A stretch of DNA of 64,000 bases, taken from positions 5,116,741 through 5,180,740 of the forward strand of contig OZ037768.1 of assembly GCA_964035545.1 (NCBI GenBank), given 5' to 3'. The DNA comes from Bugula neritina (lineage: Eukaryota > Animalia > Bryozoa). The notes under the pieces are model-generated. The model was not told where the DNA came from and did no database searches. It saw only the letters and a program-made list of their open reading frames with translations. Shown here piece by piece: positions 50,801 through 62,714 of this stretch; the first letter of the stretch is position 1; the number at the start of each line of letters is the position of its first letter. The translations under genes were made by a program, and so were the position numbers.

Positions 50801-53800
50801 TTTTGTTACTGGTTTATAAAATAAAGTGTTTCTAAAACCTGAACTACGTATGAACCAACTGCATCTAATCATATGAATAACTGTTACGTTTATAAAATAT
50901 GATTAATACTTGTTTTGGTTGTTGAATGAAACCACAGTTTGAAGTCAATCAGTAGAATCTGTTTACCATTTTTCGATATGCATATACATATACATTATTG
51001 TGTTACATTCAGGTTCTGTATCAGCATACATGATGAAGTCAGGTATTTGGTGAAATCAGAAGACCGGTACCGAGCTGCTCTGGCTTTACACATCACCAAC
51101 CTCTATACCAGGTCCATGTTTGCCTATAAACTGGGAATCTACGATCTTCCTCAGGTTGGCTATTCATACCCCTCCCCCAGCACTTTTCAGATACCACTTA
51201 GCACTTTCTATATCATTGAAAAGGGGAAGATATACTGGTTCTACTTTGCATAAAATATGTATACTAAAAATGAGTTCCATGTTGTTTCCACGTTTAAATT
51301 TGTTATTTGAATATACCACATGAAACATATTACATGATGCCTAATATTACCTTTTTGGTCCTTTTATCTACTTATATTGTAAAATGTCTGCAGTGTAAGA
51401 AGTTTCCCTGTTTAAAATCGGTAAATATTAAGTGGCTTCAATGATATTAAAAAGTGTTGGGTTGTTGAAGATTTTTTAAAATTTTTTTAGGTTTTTTCAT
51501 ATAGAATCATGTTTTTAGGCTTGCTTAACTGCCTCGTTATTTGATTCGCTTTGAAGTTCTTTGTACCAATAAGAATGGCTGCTAAAATCAATAGGGACAT
51601 TGTCTTGGAGAAGCTGCTGTATATTGTATTTTGCTTACATTTTATTACCTTGTATTGTGTAGTGTAGGCCTATATTGTTATTGCATTTAGAATTATATCT
51701 TTAAATATTATTCGTATACAAAAATTCCTAGTTATTAAAATTTAATATAGTTCAAAATTTATGATACCCACTAAAATGCTTTAAAGATGATACTTACCCT
51801 CAAAAGCCTATGAATTTAAGAAATTTAGCGTACACAATATCCCTACTTATTTTAATTACCCCCTTAATAGAAAGCATTATCACGCTGGGTGGTATAATAA
51901 TTCTAGCTCCGTTATTCAGGACAATTCTCATTGCAAAAATAAGTAACTTTTGATTTGCAATAATTTCATTCTTAATTTATATTAGAGGCTTATTAGTACT
52001 TTTTGGTTACACAATAGCTATGAGCTCAAACCCTAAAAGATTTAACAAAAATCTAATAATGTATATTATTTTAGGCTTAAGAATATGTTGTTTTCACAAT
52101 AAAAAAATTTTTTTTCCAAAATTAAAATCTCAATAATGAAAATGAAGTTCTCTTTCATTTTCCAAAGTTAAATTTACCTGTATATTGACTAATAACTGTA
52201 ATCTTACTTATTACTTTAGTAATAGTATATATTTGCTTTAAGTCACAAAAGCCCCTAGGTCCTATTTTAATTTAATTTTTTTTTTCTATTTATCTATATT
52301 AATATATTTTATGACTCCAATATACTTAACATATAATTCCCCTCTTTCTTCTCTCTCCTCTTCTTCTTAAATTTTTTTATTCTTTCTTTTTTATAAAACG
52401 ATGGTTCATATCCACTAACCACAAAGATATTGGCACATTGTATTTTTAATTTTGGCTATGAGCTGGAATAATTGGCAGAGGTCTTAGAGCCGTTATTCGG
52501 GTAGAATTAAGGCAACCAGGTAGCTTATTGGGTAACGATCAACTATACAATGCAGCTCATGCATTTTTAATAATTTTTTTATAGTATTACCAGCTATAAT
52601 TGGGGGGGGGGGAGTTTGGAAATTGATTGATCCCATTAATATTAGGGGCTCCTGACATAGCATTTTCCCGCTTGAATAATATGAGATTTTGACTTCTCCC
52701 TCCAGCTTTAATACTTTTATTAATATCTTCTTTCGTAAAAAGGGGAGTGGGAACAGGATGAACCGTGTACCCACCCTTATCATCAAGTTTAGGTCATAGA
52801 GGAGCAGCTGTTATTATAGTCATTTTCTCTTTACACCTTGCTAGTGTATCTTCGATTTTAGGGGCAATTAATTTTATCACTATGACAATTAATATGCGCA
52901 GAAACTCTATAAAAATAATCCAACTTCCCTTATTTATCTGAGCAGTTTTTATTACGGCCATTTTATTACTTCTATCCTTACCAGTACTATACTATTAACT
53001 GATCGTAATGTCAATACATCTTTTTTGACCCTGCCGGAGGAGTGAATCCCATTCTATACCAACATTTATTTTGATTGATATCATCATTCGTATCAACAAT
53101 TAGGTTCCTAGGGGTATGCCTATTTATCAGATTAATCTTAGAAAGCCTAGCTACAAAATGGTCACTTGTTTTTCGGATTATACTAACAATTCTTTAGAAT
53201 GAACTAATCGACTACCTTTAGATTTTCATAACTCAGAAGAACCTTTATTGTTATTAACAAAATATTTTTATTATGCTTCATCTAAGCCCTTTAAACTGAA
53301 ACATGATCTACTTTATTATTTGATCTTTGGTCTTATCAAACATACTTTCTTTAGAAACTTTTAACCCGATTTTACCAACCCTGCCTAATAAAATTTAAAA
53401 TAACAAGTAAATAAAGCTTTAAAGAAGCAACAGATTTGTAATCTGAAGATCATGTAAAAATATGTATTTACTTTTCAAATAACTTTGCACACTTTAGATG
53501 GTTAGTACATAAAAAAGTATATTTGATGTCGAATCAAAAAGAGTTTCATTTAACATCATCATAAGCGTGGGAAATCATCATGGATGTAAACCGTAAAATG
53601 GGCACTTGAAACCTCCAACGTAATATAATTTTCTAAAAACCGATAATAAAACTTTGAATTTTATTAGGGGATTAAACTCCCTTTTAGATCATGGCAACAG
53701 ACATTTTTTTACATTTGACGACCATAACAAGGTAATTATTGACGCTTATATACTTATTTAAATAACACTTGCTTTACTGTGTATACTACTAATAAAAAAA

Positions 53801-56356
53801 TGTGGTTTACGAGATCTAAGTTTTCTTTTTCAACACTATAAAATCTGTTGCCGCAGAACTAATTACAAGAAGAAACATAAAAATAATACTAGGTTCTTCT
53901 TCCTTGATAACAGCTATTATAACCACTGTCTTAACTCTCAACTTATTCGGGCTGACTCCTTAAACTCTCAACTTATACTTTTACTTTTAGAGCTACTAGA
54001 CATTTAGTCATCAACTTTAGGTTAACCTTAATCTTATGAACCCATATTTTGATAATAAGAATAAGGTTTAATTTATCAGAGTTTCTCGAAGACCTTCAAC
54101 CTATGGGTGCACCCGCAATAATTAGTCCTTTTTTATGCCGTATTGAATTAGTTAGACTACTTTAACTTTAGCCATCAGGTTAACCGCAAACTTAAAAACT
54201 TAAGAACTGGTCACATTTTAGTAGTGGGAATAGTTAGATCTCCTTTGCCAGTAAGAGTTTTATTAATAATAATAGGGTCTGCTTATTGTATATAACTACA
54301 TGCAGTAGCCTACAAAATAAGGTTTAACCCTGAAGAAGTTAAGAAGGTAAATTACCCAGTAGTAATGATAATAACAATAACTCGCATAACGTGTGCTATC
54401 GCATTTACCTTATTACTTTTTTTAGTAATCCAAATATTGGGAAGAAAACCTTATTCATACGAACACGCCCTTCGGGATGTGGTTTGGACCCTAGAGATAC
54501 AGCCCGCCTACCTTTTTCCATACGATTGTTTTCATTAGCTGTCAACTTCTTAATTTTCGATATCTGAAGACTGAACATAAAAATAATGAAACCTTCTAAA
54601 AATATTGTAATCAAACATAAACAATATTTATAGTATAATATTAATTATATGATGTAAAAGTTCTGTACTTTATTACAAAAACTCTGTAGTTTATTATAAC
54701 CATTCTTAGTCTCATCTAGAGTGCATCAGCCTTAAACAATAATTGTTTCATGAATAGATGATTCTATAAATATTATATATGTTTTTATTGCACAAGATTT
54801 GCTATAAGTTGCTCAGAGTTATAATATGACAAAAGTGCTGATGGCTCCATTCAATGCTATAAGATTATGTGCTCTACATTATCCGCTACAGTTTGGTGTA
54901 ATACTGTCAAACCATTAATTCGTGTTTACTTGGTGATTGTGTACACTTGTATAAGCTTGTTAACCTCTGTATATATGCAGTAAGAAGTTTGTATCGTGTA
55001 TGCAGAAGGGATGAGGCATATATTGAAGAGGTAAAATTATCCAACGTTTTATACTGTTTACAGTCTGTAGCCTTCTTCAGTGGGGTTGACATAGATCAAT
55101 GTTTGCGCAAGGAATCTTCAATGAGTTGTAAAACTCCATCCAACATCCACTCAATGCAAGGCTCCTATCACATTGCTGATGGTAAGTTTCCTCTCCCATC
55201 TACACTCACTTAAGTAGCTATTTTAAACTAGATGCCATCATAATTAATTTATAGCTTCCTCTAAATCTATTCCTGATTTTCCCTTAAATTATTTTAATAA
55301 CTCAGGTAATGAAGTCCCTACTGCTTCCTTGTGTTTGGTGTTACTTTTTAATTGGAGCAGTTTATATGGTTTCCTCGCTCTATATGTTATATATATGTTT
55401 TAGTGTGTACCTTGTATTTTATTTTATTGATAATTTTTTAAATATGAAGAATAATATTTTTTATTTGAGTAAAACAGTTTTAACTGATGTTGGGTGATTT
55501 TAATATTACTCTCAGGGCTTCTAATGAAAATAAATGGTTTGTACACCATCACTACTGTAGCTGCACTATAACTACACCAAGAATTTTGTTGGCTGTCCCT
55601 TTTACTCAAACTACTAAAACTCTCAGCCTATGAGGTATCATTTTCTAGTTTTAGATTAACACACCCAGAGATATTTTCATCAATTGTAATTAATTATATT
55701 CTCAATGCACTTGTTGGAAAGCATCAATTATTGTTGGCAACTTGAAAAAAACTGTACAATTAATTATAGCCCAGTATTATGGACAGGTCAGAATTGTTTA
55801 GCTGATGTTTAGATTAGGATAGAATTGCCATCTCAACTGTACATGGCAGCATTCAAAAGTTTTGGCTTATATATTCTAGTGCTAACTTGGCTCATAATTC
55901 AACTTCTAAGTGATTAGTCCATAACTGGTGATTGGGATTTCCTTGTAGTTGGCGATAGTCTATAGGATATGTTTTGATTTTACTCTTTGCCCATTGGTTA
56001 AGAACAACATTTTAAATTAGCCAATGATATAACTCAGATGCTACCCTGTAGCTTGTTGATGTCATGTGATATTTTAAATTTGGAAGTTTGATGTCATTCA
56101 AACAAATCGATTACAACAGTTTTCTATCTAGCATTAGAAATGTATCGTTACATATATGGATGACCCAGTGAATTAAATTGACTTAATTTTTTGCTCTATT
56201 TGCCTATTCAACTTGCTTTCTAACTATTCTTGCCTGTTCAATTTACTCAAAGATGTTTCAAGTTTTATATTAATTATTTCTATGCTTGCAGGTGAAGTTT
56301 TGGATATTTATCAAACCTTGAAGCAAACAAATGGTGGAAAACTGTTTAAAAGCTAA
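41803..56356 (+). CDS. POLG: DNA polymerase gamma catalytic subunit, ~22-24 coding exons
   Basis: N-terminal [10 protein letters not shown], Exo[10 protein letters not shown], Exo[12 protein letters not shown], Exo[33 protein letters not shown], motif [12 protein letters not shown] (47939-48074), motif [11 protein letters not shown] (49197-49354), [13 protein letters not shown], motif [10 protein letters not shown] (51013-51154), [11 protein letters not shown] (55064-55181), last exon 56292-56356. Confidence 0.96.
50150..50430. repeat. Degenerate ~22-bp AT-rich minisatellite (TAATAGTGTAATGTATTGTATA)
   Basis: Tandem copies immediately after the POLG donor at ~50150. Confidence 0.75.
51810..52270 (+). 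pseudogene. nad6: nad6 (NUMT)
   Basis: [22 protein letters not shown]...[30 protein letters not shown]...KPLGP; frameshifted in the middle. Confidence 0.8.
52393..53265 (+). pseudogene. cox1: cox1 (NUMT), 5' part 52393-53076 joined to the 3' end by an internal deletion
   Basis: [18 protein letters not shown]...[18 protein letters not shown]...FGNWLIPLMLGAPDMAF...GTGWTVYPPL...PILYQHLFW, then jumps to [18 protein letters not shown]; several frameshifts. Confidence 0.95.
53273..53398 (+). pseudogene. atp8: atp8 (NUMT)
   Basis: [41 protein letters not shown]; an MPHLSP-type start with P>L, in the mitochondrial code. Confidence 0.8.
53405..53474 (+). tRNA. trnT: mt-tRNA-Thr(UGU) copy in NUMT (non-functional)
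   Basis: Acceptor aagtaaa/tttactt; anticodon arm caga-tttgtaa-tctg. Confidence 0.75.
53496..53562 (+). tRNA. trnR: mt-tRNA-Arg(UCG) copy in NUMT
   Basis: Acceptor gatggt/atcatc; anticodon arm tttga-tgtcgaa-tcaaa. Confidence 0.7.
53563..53622 (+). tRNA. trnY: mt-tRNA-Tyr(GUA) copy in NUMT, truncated arms
   Basis: Anticodon arm atgg-atgtaaa-ccgt. Confidence 0.55.
53632..53689 (+). tRNA. trnQ: mt-tRNA-Gln(UUG) copy in NUMT, apparently D-armless
   Basis: Acceptor tctaaaa/ttttaga; anticodon arm taaaa-ctttgaa-tttta; T arm ggg/ccc. Confidence 0.75.
53691..54310 (+). pseudogene. atp6: atp6 (NUMT)
   Basis: MATDIF-TFDD start, [18 protein letters not shown], LTLAIxLTANL, TGHILV; frameshifts, deletions and short duplications. 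Confidence 0.85.
54311..54364 (+). tRNA. trnF: mt-tRNA-Phe(GAA) copy in NUMT, apparently D-armless
   Basis: ttaac-cctgaagaa-gttaa anticodon arm; ggt-aaatt-acc T arm. Confidence 0.5.
54365..54563 (+). pseudogene. nad3: nad3 (NUMT), 3'-truncated
   Basis: [31 protein letters not shown], matching the ND3 PFECGFDP..ARLPFS.RFF.A..FLIFD motif. Confidence 0.88.
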
Positions 56357-59300
56357 TGCGGGATAGTAGTTTCTTCTTGTAAGTTTATTATACTGAACTA
56401 TAAATATGCTGTAGACCAGTCTGTTACTCTACTCTATGTATATATGCAATTCGCACAGCATGGGGAGAATTTGTTGGAAAATATCGTTTCTTATCACAAG
56501 TAGCAAAATGAATCTCAATCCTCCAAAACAAATCTCAGCTAAACTTAGACTATTCTGGCATATTGAAAATCATGTTGTTGACTTGACTTAAACCTCTGGT
56601 ACTTGGGTACCTGTGGGCTGTTTCTGTCTAGTTTTGCATCATTGTTATTTCACAATAGACTATTGTCGCATTAGCTTATTGTGTAAAATTACATCTCCTA
56701 CACTCCACTCATCCTCACTTGATCTTCATTACTTTTCTTTAGACAGTCAAATCACTATAATAAACTCTCTCACTCTTATCTGTATATATTTTAACTCTAT
56801 CCCAGCACCTGCTCCTAATGTTATTATTTTGCTCTAAACCTTTTGTGATATCCATCTCTGCAACCTTCCTCTCTGCCAACCTGGTCTTCCTGTTTTTCTT
56901 GCTGTTTCCTTTCAGCTCAAAGGACTATACTATAGTCATGTGTTACCTCCTCATTACACTCCAGATATTCCAAACTCTTCTGTACAACTACTAGTAGTCC
57001 CAAGTATATTGTAACAAGTATATAAATTATACCTTATGCAAATAAAAGAGGGAAAATTTTGTGCAATAATGTCATCTTTAAATTAGTTGTAATGCATTTA
57101 GCCCTTATAGGATTATCTGTATTGTAAATTTTGCTTATGTTATAATGCTGCATGCATACTGGGGTTTGCCAATTGTTAGTGAGTGCATAGCTTAACTATG
57201 CGATAATTTGTCTGATTTGATGTTTTATTTTAGCTCAGCTCATTTCAATATTTTTCAATTTTAATTCCGCTTAAGGCAATAGTTTTACATTTATTTTGTA
57301 TTATTTACAAATAATTACTGGATATTGTAATTACGCTTTGCTGATCTAAGAATAAATATATGCTATTATTTTTGACAAAGTGTCCCATCAAATTTTGTAA
57401 ATCTGACTCAACAAACACTCAAGGAGGGTTTTGTGGCATTTGCAGTATTCACATTGTATTACATATTCAATGATTTTGGAAATTGTAAATTATCAACTCA
57501 ATATAAGATATCAAATAACTGCTGCTAGTAGATAATAGTTTTACCTTAAATATTGGAAGACAGTTTTAGAATTTAGATTTTTAAGAGAACTGGAAATGGT
57601 TTAGTGAATTGGCATGACGTAGTGCCAAAAAGAATCAAGCAAAGGATACATTAATAATATCCAGGGTAAAAACTTGTTAAAAAATTTATGGAAGTCTCTC
57701 TTTTTTGTTTTGGGTTAGATTCCGTTATTTTAATATGCATGTGTTGTAGTGTTAATCAGATGCTATTAAAAAAGAACATATTTTCTTCAATTTATGATGT
57801 ATCAACATTATTTTGTTAGTTTCAATTAGAACTGCTAACAAAGCTTTGTTGAACAAAATATAAATATTAAAACAATCAAATACGGACATTTGAAATAAAA
57901 TTAAATAGATATTATTACTTCAACAGTAATAATATATTTGTTGGATTGTAGTATATGAACAAAATGTCTCCATCTCAAAACATTGTTAGAGCATGTGAAT
58001 ACGTAATGACAATAGAAATCTAATAACTTTAATATAGTTTTTCAGTTTGTACACCATTTTTTATAAGTCAATGCAGTAGTTTTACAACAATATATACACA
58101 CCCTAACCTCCACAACTACAACAGAAAGGCTATAAGGGGAGGAGTATCTGTATGCCTGTTATTACAAGGAACTGTAGGCTCCAGTCAAGGGGATCCATGT
58201 TTGGCCACCTCCAGCCTCATTGGAAGTAAATAAATAGAGGTACTGTCAGGTGTTGCTCACTAGAAGCAGGTGAAGGCTGGTCCTGGAAAGACCTTCTGCT
58301 GCTCATCTACAGAGTGTTGGTGAGTGTATGCACAGAAATATTAGAAGTATTACTTGTATTTCATTTTATATTGAAATGTTAATATAGTCTGTTTGAAACT
58401 TTCCAACTTGATACGAAAAACAATTTATTTTTAGTTTTAAAATAAAAACGTTAAAATTAATAACAGTTAAAAGGGTGATAACTACTTTACAAAATTTATA
58501 AAACAACAATTACATATAAATCGAAGATAATTTTGCTAAATTAAAGCTAAAAAATATATCATTTTAAGTTCTTGAAATACTACCAACTTTATTTGGGGCA
58601 CTCAAAGGTTGTAGGTACTATTGTTTTATCAAAAATTTTCCGTAATGATCAACTTGAGCAATAATCTCAAAACACATTTTGCTCCACATAACTTGGCTGT
58701 TTTTCAACTAATAGCTTCTCGTATCAAACTTCAAAAGAATAGAATGTGTATTTAGTTGTGAATTATTAAAAGTGATAGTTATCTTCATGTAAAGTAAATA
58801 ATATAACTAGTTTTTACAAAGGTGATATAAGAGATTGGTAGAGTGAGCAATTCTATGTTGAACTACAGGCATTTTATATAGGAAATGGTACTTAACCAAA
58901 CAACTATTATTAACATGGCCGTTGATTTTGTTATACAATAAAATAATAAGTATTGATAAATAACAAGTATATTGTACCAACTGTTGCATAATTGCAAATT
59001 ATGTTTAACTTTTTTAGTTATTTTACCTTTTCAAGCATAGACCAGATAGCTCATCGTGGAAGTGGAAGGGAACAGCATAATTTTAATCAAACTTGTCACC
59101 TAGCTGTGGCCAATTACACACCAATATACAAGACAAAGTACATACATTTCATCCTATACGCCACTGTGTCATATGTTCAAGCCTTGTGTGGAAGGGAGCT
59201 TAAAAGTGGCAAAATTTTGGACAAGGACTTCCAAATAACAGGCAAGTTCCTAGTGGAGATAGTTTACCAGCTGCAATACATAATGTTGTGTTGCCTGAGT

Positions 59301-59989
59301 GAAATCTTTTATTAGTTTAAAGCATACTCTGCAGCTTTCTTGTGTTAAAATTGGTGTTACAGTTTATATATATAATAAAATATAATAAATTTGTAGTACC
59401 TCACTGAAAACATTAATCAAAATGTTGCATTACTATTAGTAATTTCCAAATGGGCAATTCTACAAAATTATATTTCAAAAAAATATTCATAATTTATGGT
59501 ATCAACAATCATAGTAGATACTATATATAGCAGTGGTTCCCAACCTTTTCCATACTATTCCCACCTTTCATAAATGTTGACTATTAATTCCCCCCCCCCT
59601 TTTGAAGAGCAAAAAGATTTTATGACTTACTGAATGAGAATATATGATACAGTGCAATATATTTTGTTCTATTATATTTGTATATAATATAATTATTATA
59701 ATAGTAATATTATCTTTATTTTTATGTTATAAAACACAGAGCAGTTCAATTATTAATGTTATGGTTTCATTTGATGCTTTTGTGCCGGCTATAAGCTTAA
59801 GCCTGGCTCTGTTTTTGACCAAGCCCATCTTAAGTCACTCTGCAGGTTAAGGCAGTTTCTCTTCTCTTTGAATTTATGAAAATCCTACCTCACATGGGTA
59901 GGTGGTGCTGGATGGCACCAAAATTCAGCTTTGTCAGCTTTGTGTGGGAAGAGTTTGCTTGTTGAAACTCAGAGTGATTTTAGTTGAAA

Positions 59990-60245
59990 TTGGTGCATGT
60001 AAAAATGGCAAAGGTAATAATGGCACAATTGAAAAGTAGGTAAAAATGGCACACTTATGTTACATTTTTCCAAACCCAAACCCCCACCCCCTAACTTCAG
60101 AAACCCAAGTACAAACCCAAAATCCCCACCTCTAACTCCTCTTTCAAACTCTAAACCTCCACCCCAATTTTGAAAACATATGCTATTTTGCCTACTTTTC
60201 CATATATGCCATTATTACCTGTACCGTTTCTACTGGACACCACCC
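59990..60245. mobile_element. Palindromic MITE-like element with GGTAAAAATGGCA repeats, nested in the hAT element
   Basis: Left arm aaaaatggcaaaggtaataatggcac...aaaagtaggtaaaa; right arm is its reverse complement, ending ggacaccacc; it interrupts the transposase remnant. Confidence 0.65.
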
Positions 60246-60483
60246 ACAATATATCAATTGGAGAAGATTTCAAATCATCCTTCATTGCTGAGTTGTGAAC
60301 CGACTCAATAAAATCCTCCTGTAATTCCTCTAAAAACTTTTCAACAAAGCGTTGCAATGGGTCACATGTCAAGTTAAGAATCTAGCTCTTTCTTTTTGGG
60401 AGGTAGCTCAGAGAAATATCGTTAAAACTCCATTAAAAGTTCAGAGAGATGCCAAGAAGTTTTTTGAAAAAGAATCTGGAGCA

Positions 60484-60697
60484 GGTGGTGTCTGGTAAAA
60501 ATGGCACAGGTAAAAATGGCGCAGGTAAAAATGGCACAGGTAATAATGGCACAAATGGGAAATTAGGTAAAATGGCACATTTTCAATATTAGCATTGAAG
60601 ATTTGAGTTGGGGGTTAGTCCTTCAGGATGGGGGGTTTGGAGGTTTGGGGAAATTTAACACCAGTGTGCGATTTTTACCTTTGCCATTTTTACCTAA
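60484..60697. mobile_element. Second member of the same MITE-like family
   Basis: Begins ggtggtgtctggtaaaaatggcaca with 15-bp tandem units; ends tttttacctttgccatttttacc. Confidence 0.65.
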
Positions 60698-62714
60698 AAT
60701 CGAAACAGGTTCTTCTCCTATAAAAGTTCATTGATTGTGGGGAAAGACACTATTTTTTTGATAGAGACGCCACCACTTTAGTGTAACTTTAAAAACATTG
60801 CTGCTGCTATGAAAGCAATGAAATGATGATTGCACTCCTACATTTCTAGGTTCAGATTATTTAGTGCAGCAAATATATTCACTAGGTATGTAGTATACGA
60901 TTTATAGAAATCGACTTGCATGGCTGCTAAAAGCTGGTCTGTTGGTTTTTGCAAATTTTTTTTACCTCCATTCGTAATAGCGCAGATAACAGTTAGGGTA
61001 GAGTAATTAATAAACACATTCATTTAGAAGTAAACTGAGATTGCAGAATATGGCTTGGTTAAATAGATAAACTAAGATGAAGATTTATAGATATGCATAT
61101 ACATGTAACTTGCAAGAGCTCAAAAAGCCATCAGCAAATTTCTTGAATTTTTCAAAATCCAAATTCCCCCCTTAAAATGTCCAAATTCCCCCTAAGGGGA
61201 ATTCCCCCCAGATTGGGAACCACTGATGTATAGGAACAAAAACACATAAAACTAACCATGATGGTCTGCTTCTTTTTCCTTTTAAATATGACAAATTCAA
61301 AAAGTATTTTTGTTGGTGCTCTAAAACAATGACAATATTTAATCTAACAGTCATATAATACAAAACAAGTCCAAAATCAAATAATCTTTTTCACAGGGAA
61401 CTTGTTAGCCAAGTTATAAAACTTCAGCTTGTACAAATGTTGCACAAACATGGTTATGAGTATAAACTGAGCGACCAGGATATAACTATACAAATTATAC
61501 TATTACAATTTCTAGTGTGATGGCTACAATTACTGATAATAAAGCCAACTCAAACTAACTCCTTGTGTATATCTATGACTGAGGATTGATATGAATGCCA
61601 TTCCACCCACTAAAGTGTAGTAATGGAGGAGTTTTAGCTGCCTAAGTTATTTAATTGTCTTTATGAATTTTGATTTGGAATGTGTATGAAACCCTGTTAA
61701 ATTGCAGAACAGTTTGCCCCTCCCTATAAACTAATCGTGGGCATCTTCTGCACTATACATTTATTGCAAGCCATTTTTATGCTTGCTAGGAAGATATCTA
61801 AAAAACTAAAAAGAAATGCCTCCACCACTTAGGTGTTAACCAAGCTCTAGTTTTGGTGCATATAAATCTTGTCTGCTTTTTGTTAAGATATATAAGAACT
61901 AACATGTTATTTAAGTCTAAGTTTACTAGAAATAATGCTAAAGCTATTGCCTTTAAAGTTGCTCATTACACCTCAAATGCAAAGCACATATTGGGTTTCA
62001 ATGGACGAAAATTTTTATTACAAAAATATTTTTGCTGTTACTAATAATTAGTATTTTATGGCTTTTCATTTAAAGATTAAGAAGCAGTATAAATTCTGCA
62101 AACATAGCGCAATCAATGTTTTCACTTTCACCTGTAGTGGTCAATTACCAAATAATAGCACACTGTTGATTGCTGTGACTAGCACCCATTTGATGACTAC
62201 CCATAATAGTTTGGTTATTATGAAGCAAATTGGTTTTTAAAATACTGCATACTAGAAGTTTGTATTAATTGAACTTATACTTATAAATTTATATTGTTTA
62301 AAAGCTGCATTTAGATGTTTTTCCTCATTTAGGAGCTTCAACTTTTAGCAAACAACCACTTTGGTGACTCGCATCATCTCGTGATTTTTAGCAACCCGGA
62401 AATTTTCTGTAGGATAAAGCAATGAGTAGAAAATGTTAGCTGATAGTACGCTTTCATTTTCTAATCAGCCAAATAGAGCAATCATAGAGCTATGTGATTG
62501 GCCGAGTATTTTGGAGCTATTTTTTGCAGAAGTAATATTGCCAAAATCTCCAGTTTTCCTGGAGTATTATCTAAAGTTTTCACCAAGGATAAGCACGCTG
62601 TTTTGAATTACTGTGAAACTGTATAGATATTTCTTAGTGTTTGAAAAATTTGAAGTTATAAAATTTGTAAGATTGTATGCTATATATGGAGTAATAAAGT
62701 ACCTATCTAATAAA

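Larger units (their letters stand above)
51810..54563 (+). pseudogene. NUMT (nuclear copy of mitochondrial DNA) in POLG intron 51155-55063
   Basis: Colinear mitochondrial genes readable only with the invertebrate mitochondrial code (TGA=Trp, ATA=Met, AGA=Ser), carrying frameshifts and deletions, between two canonical POLG exons. Confidence 0.95.
59531..61225 (-). mobile_element. Internally deleted hAT/Charlie DNA transposon with transposase remnants
   Basis: TIRs CAGTGGTTCCCAA / TTGGGAACCACTG, 8-bp TSD atatatag/atgtatag. Minus-strand remnants LQEDFIE... (60250-60370) and LVPSSTTYPCEVGFS*...KRNCLNLQSDLRWAWSKTEP (~59790-59925) resemble the hAT C-terminal dimerisation region. Confidence 0.88.

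Noticed and set aside
51480-51809. Extension of the NUMT upstream of nad6 (possible tRNA remnant near 51745-51808)
   Set aside because: No convincing cloverleaf or protein motif by eye; left boundary left at the nad6 ATG
52493-52786. Minus-strand 97-aa ORF
   Set aside because: Antisense shadow of the cox1 NUMT
54405-54614. Minus-strand 69-aa ORF
   Set aside because: Antisense shadow of the nad3 NUMT
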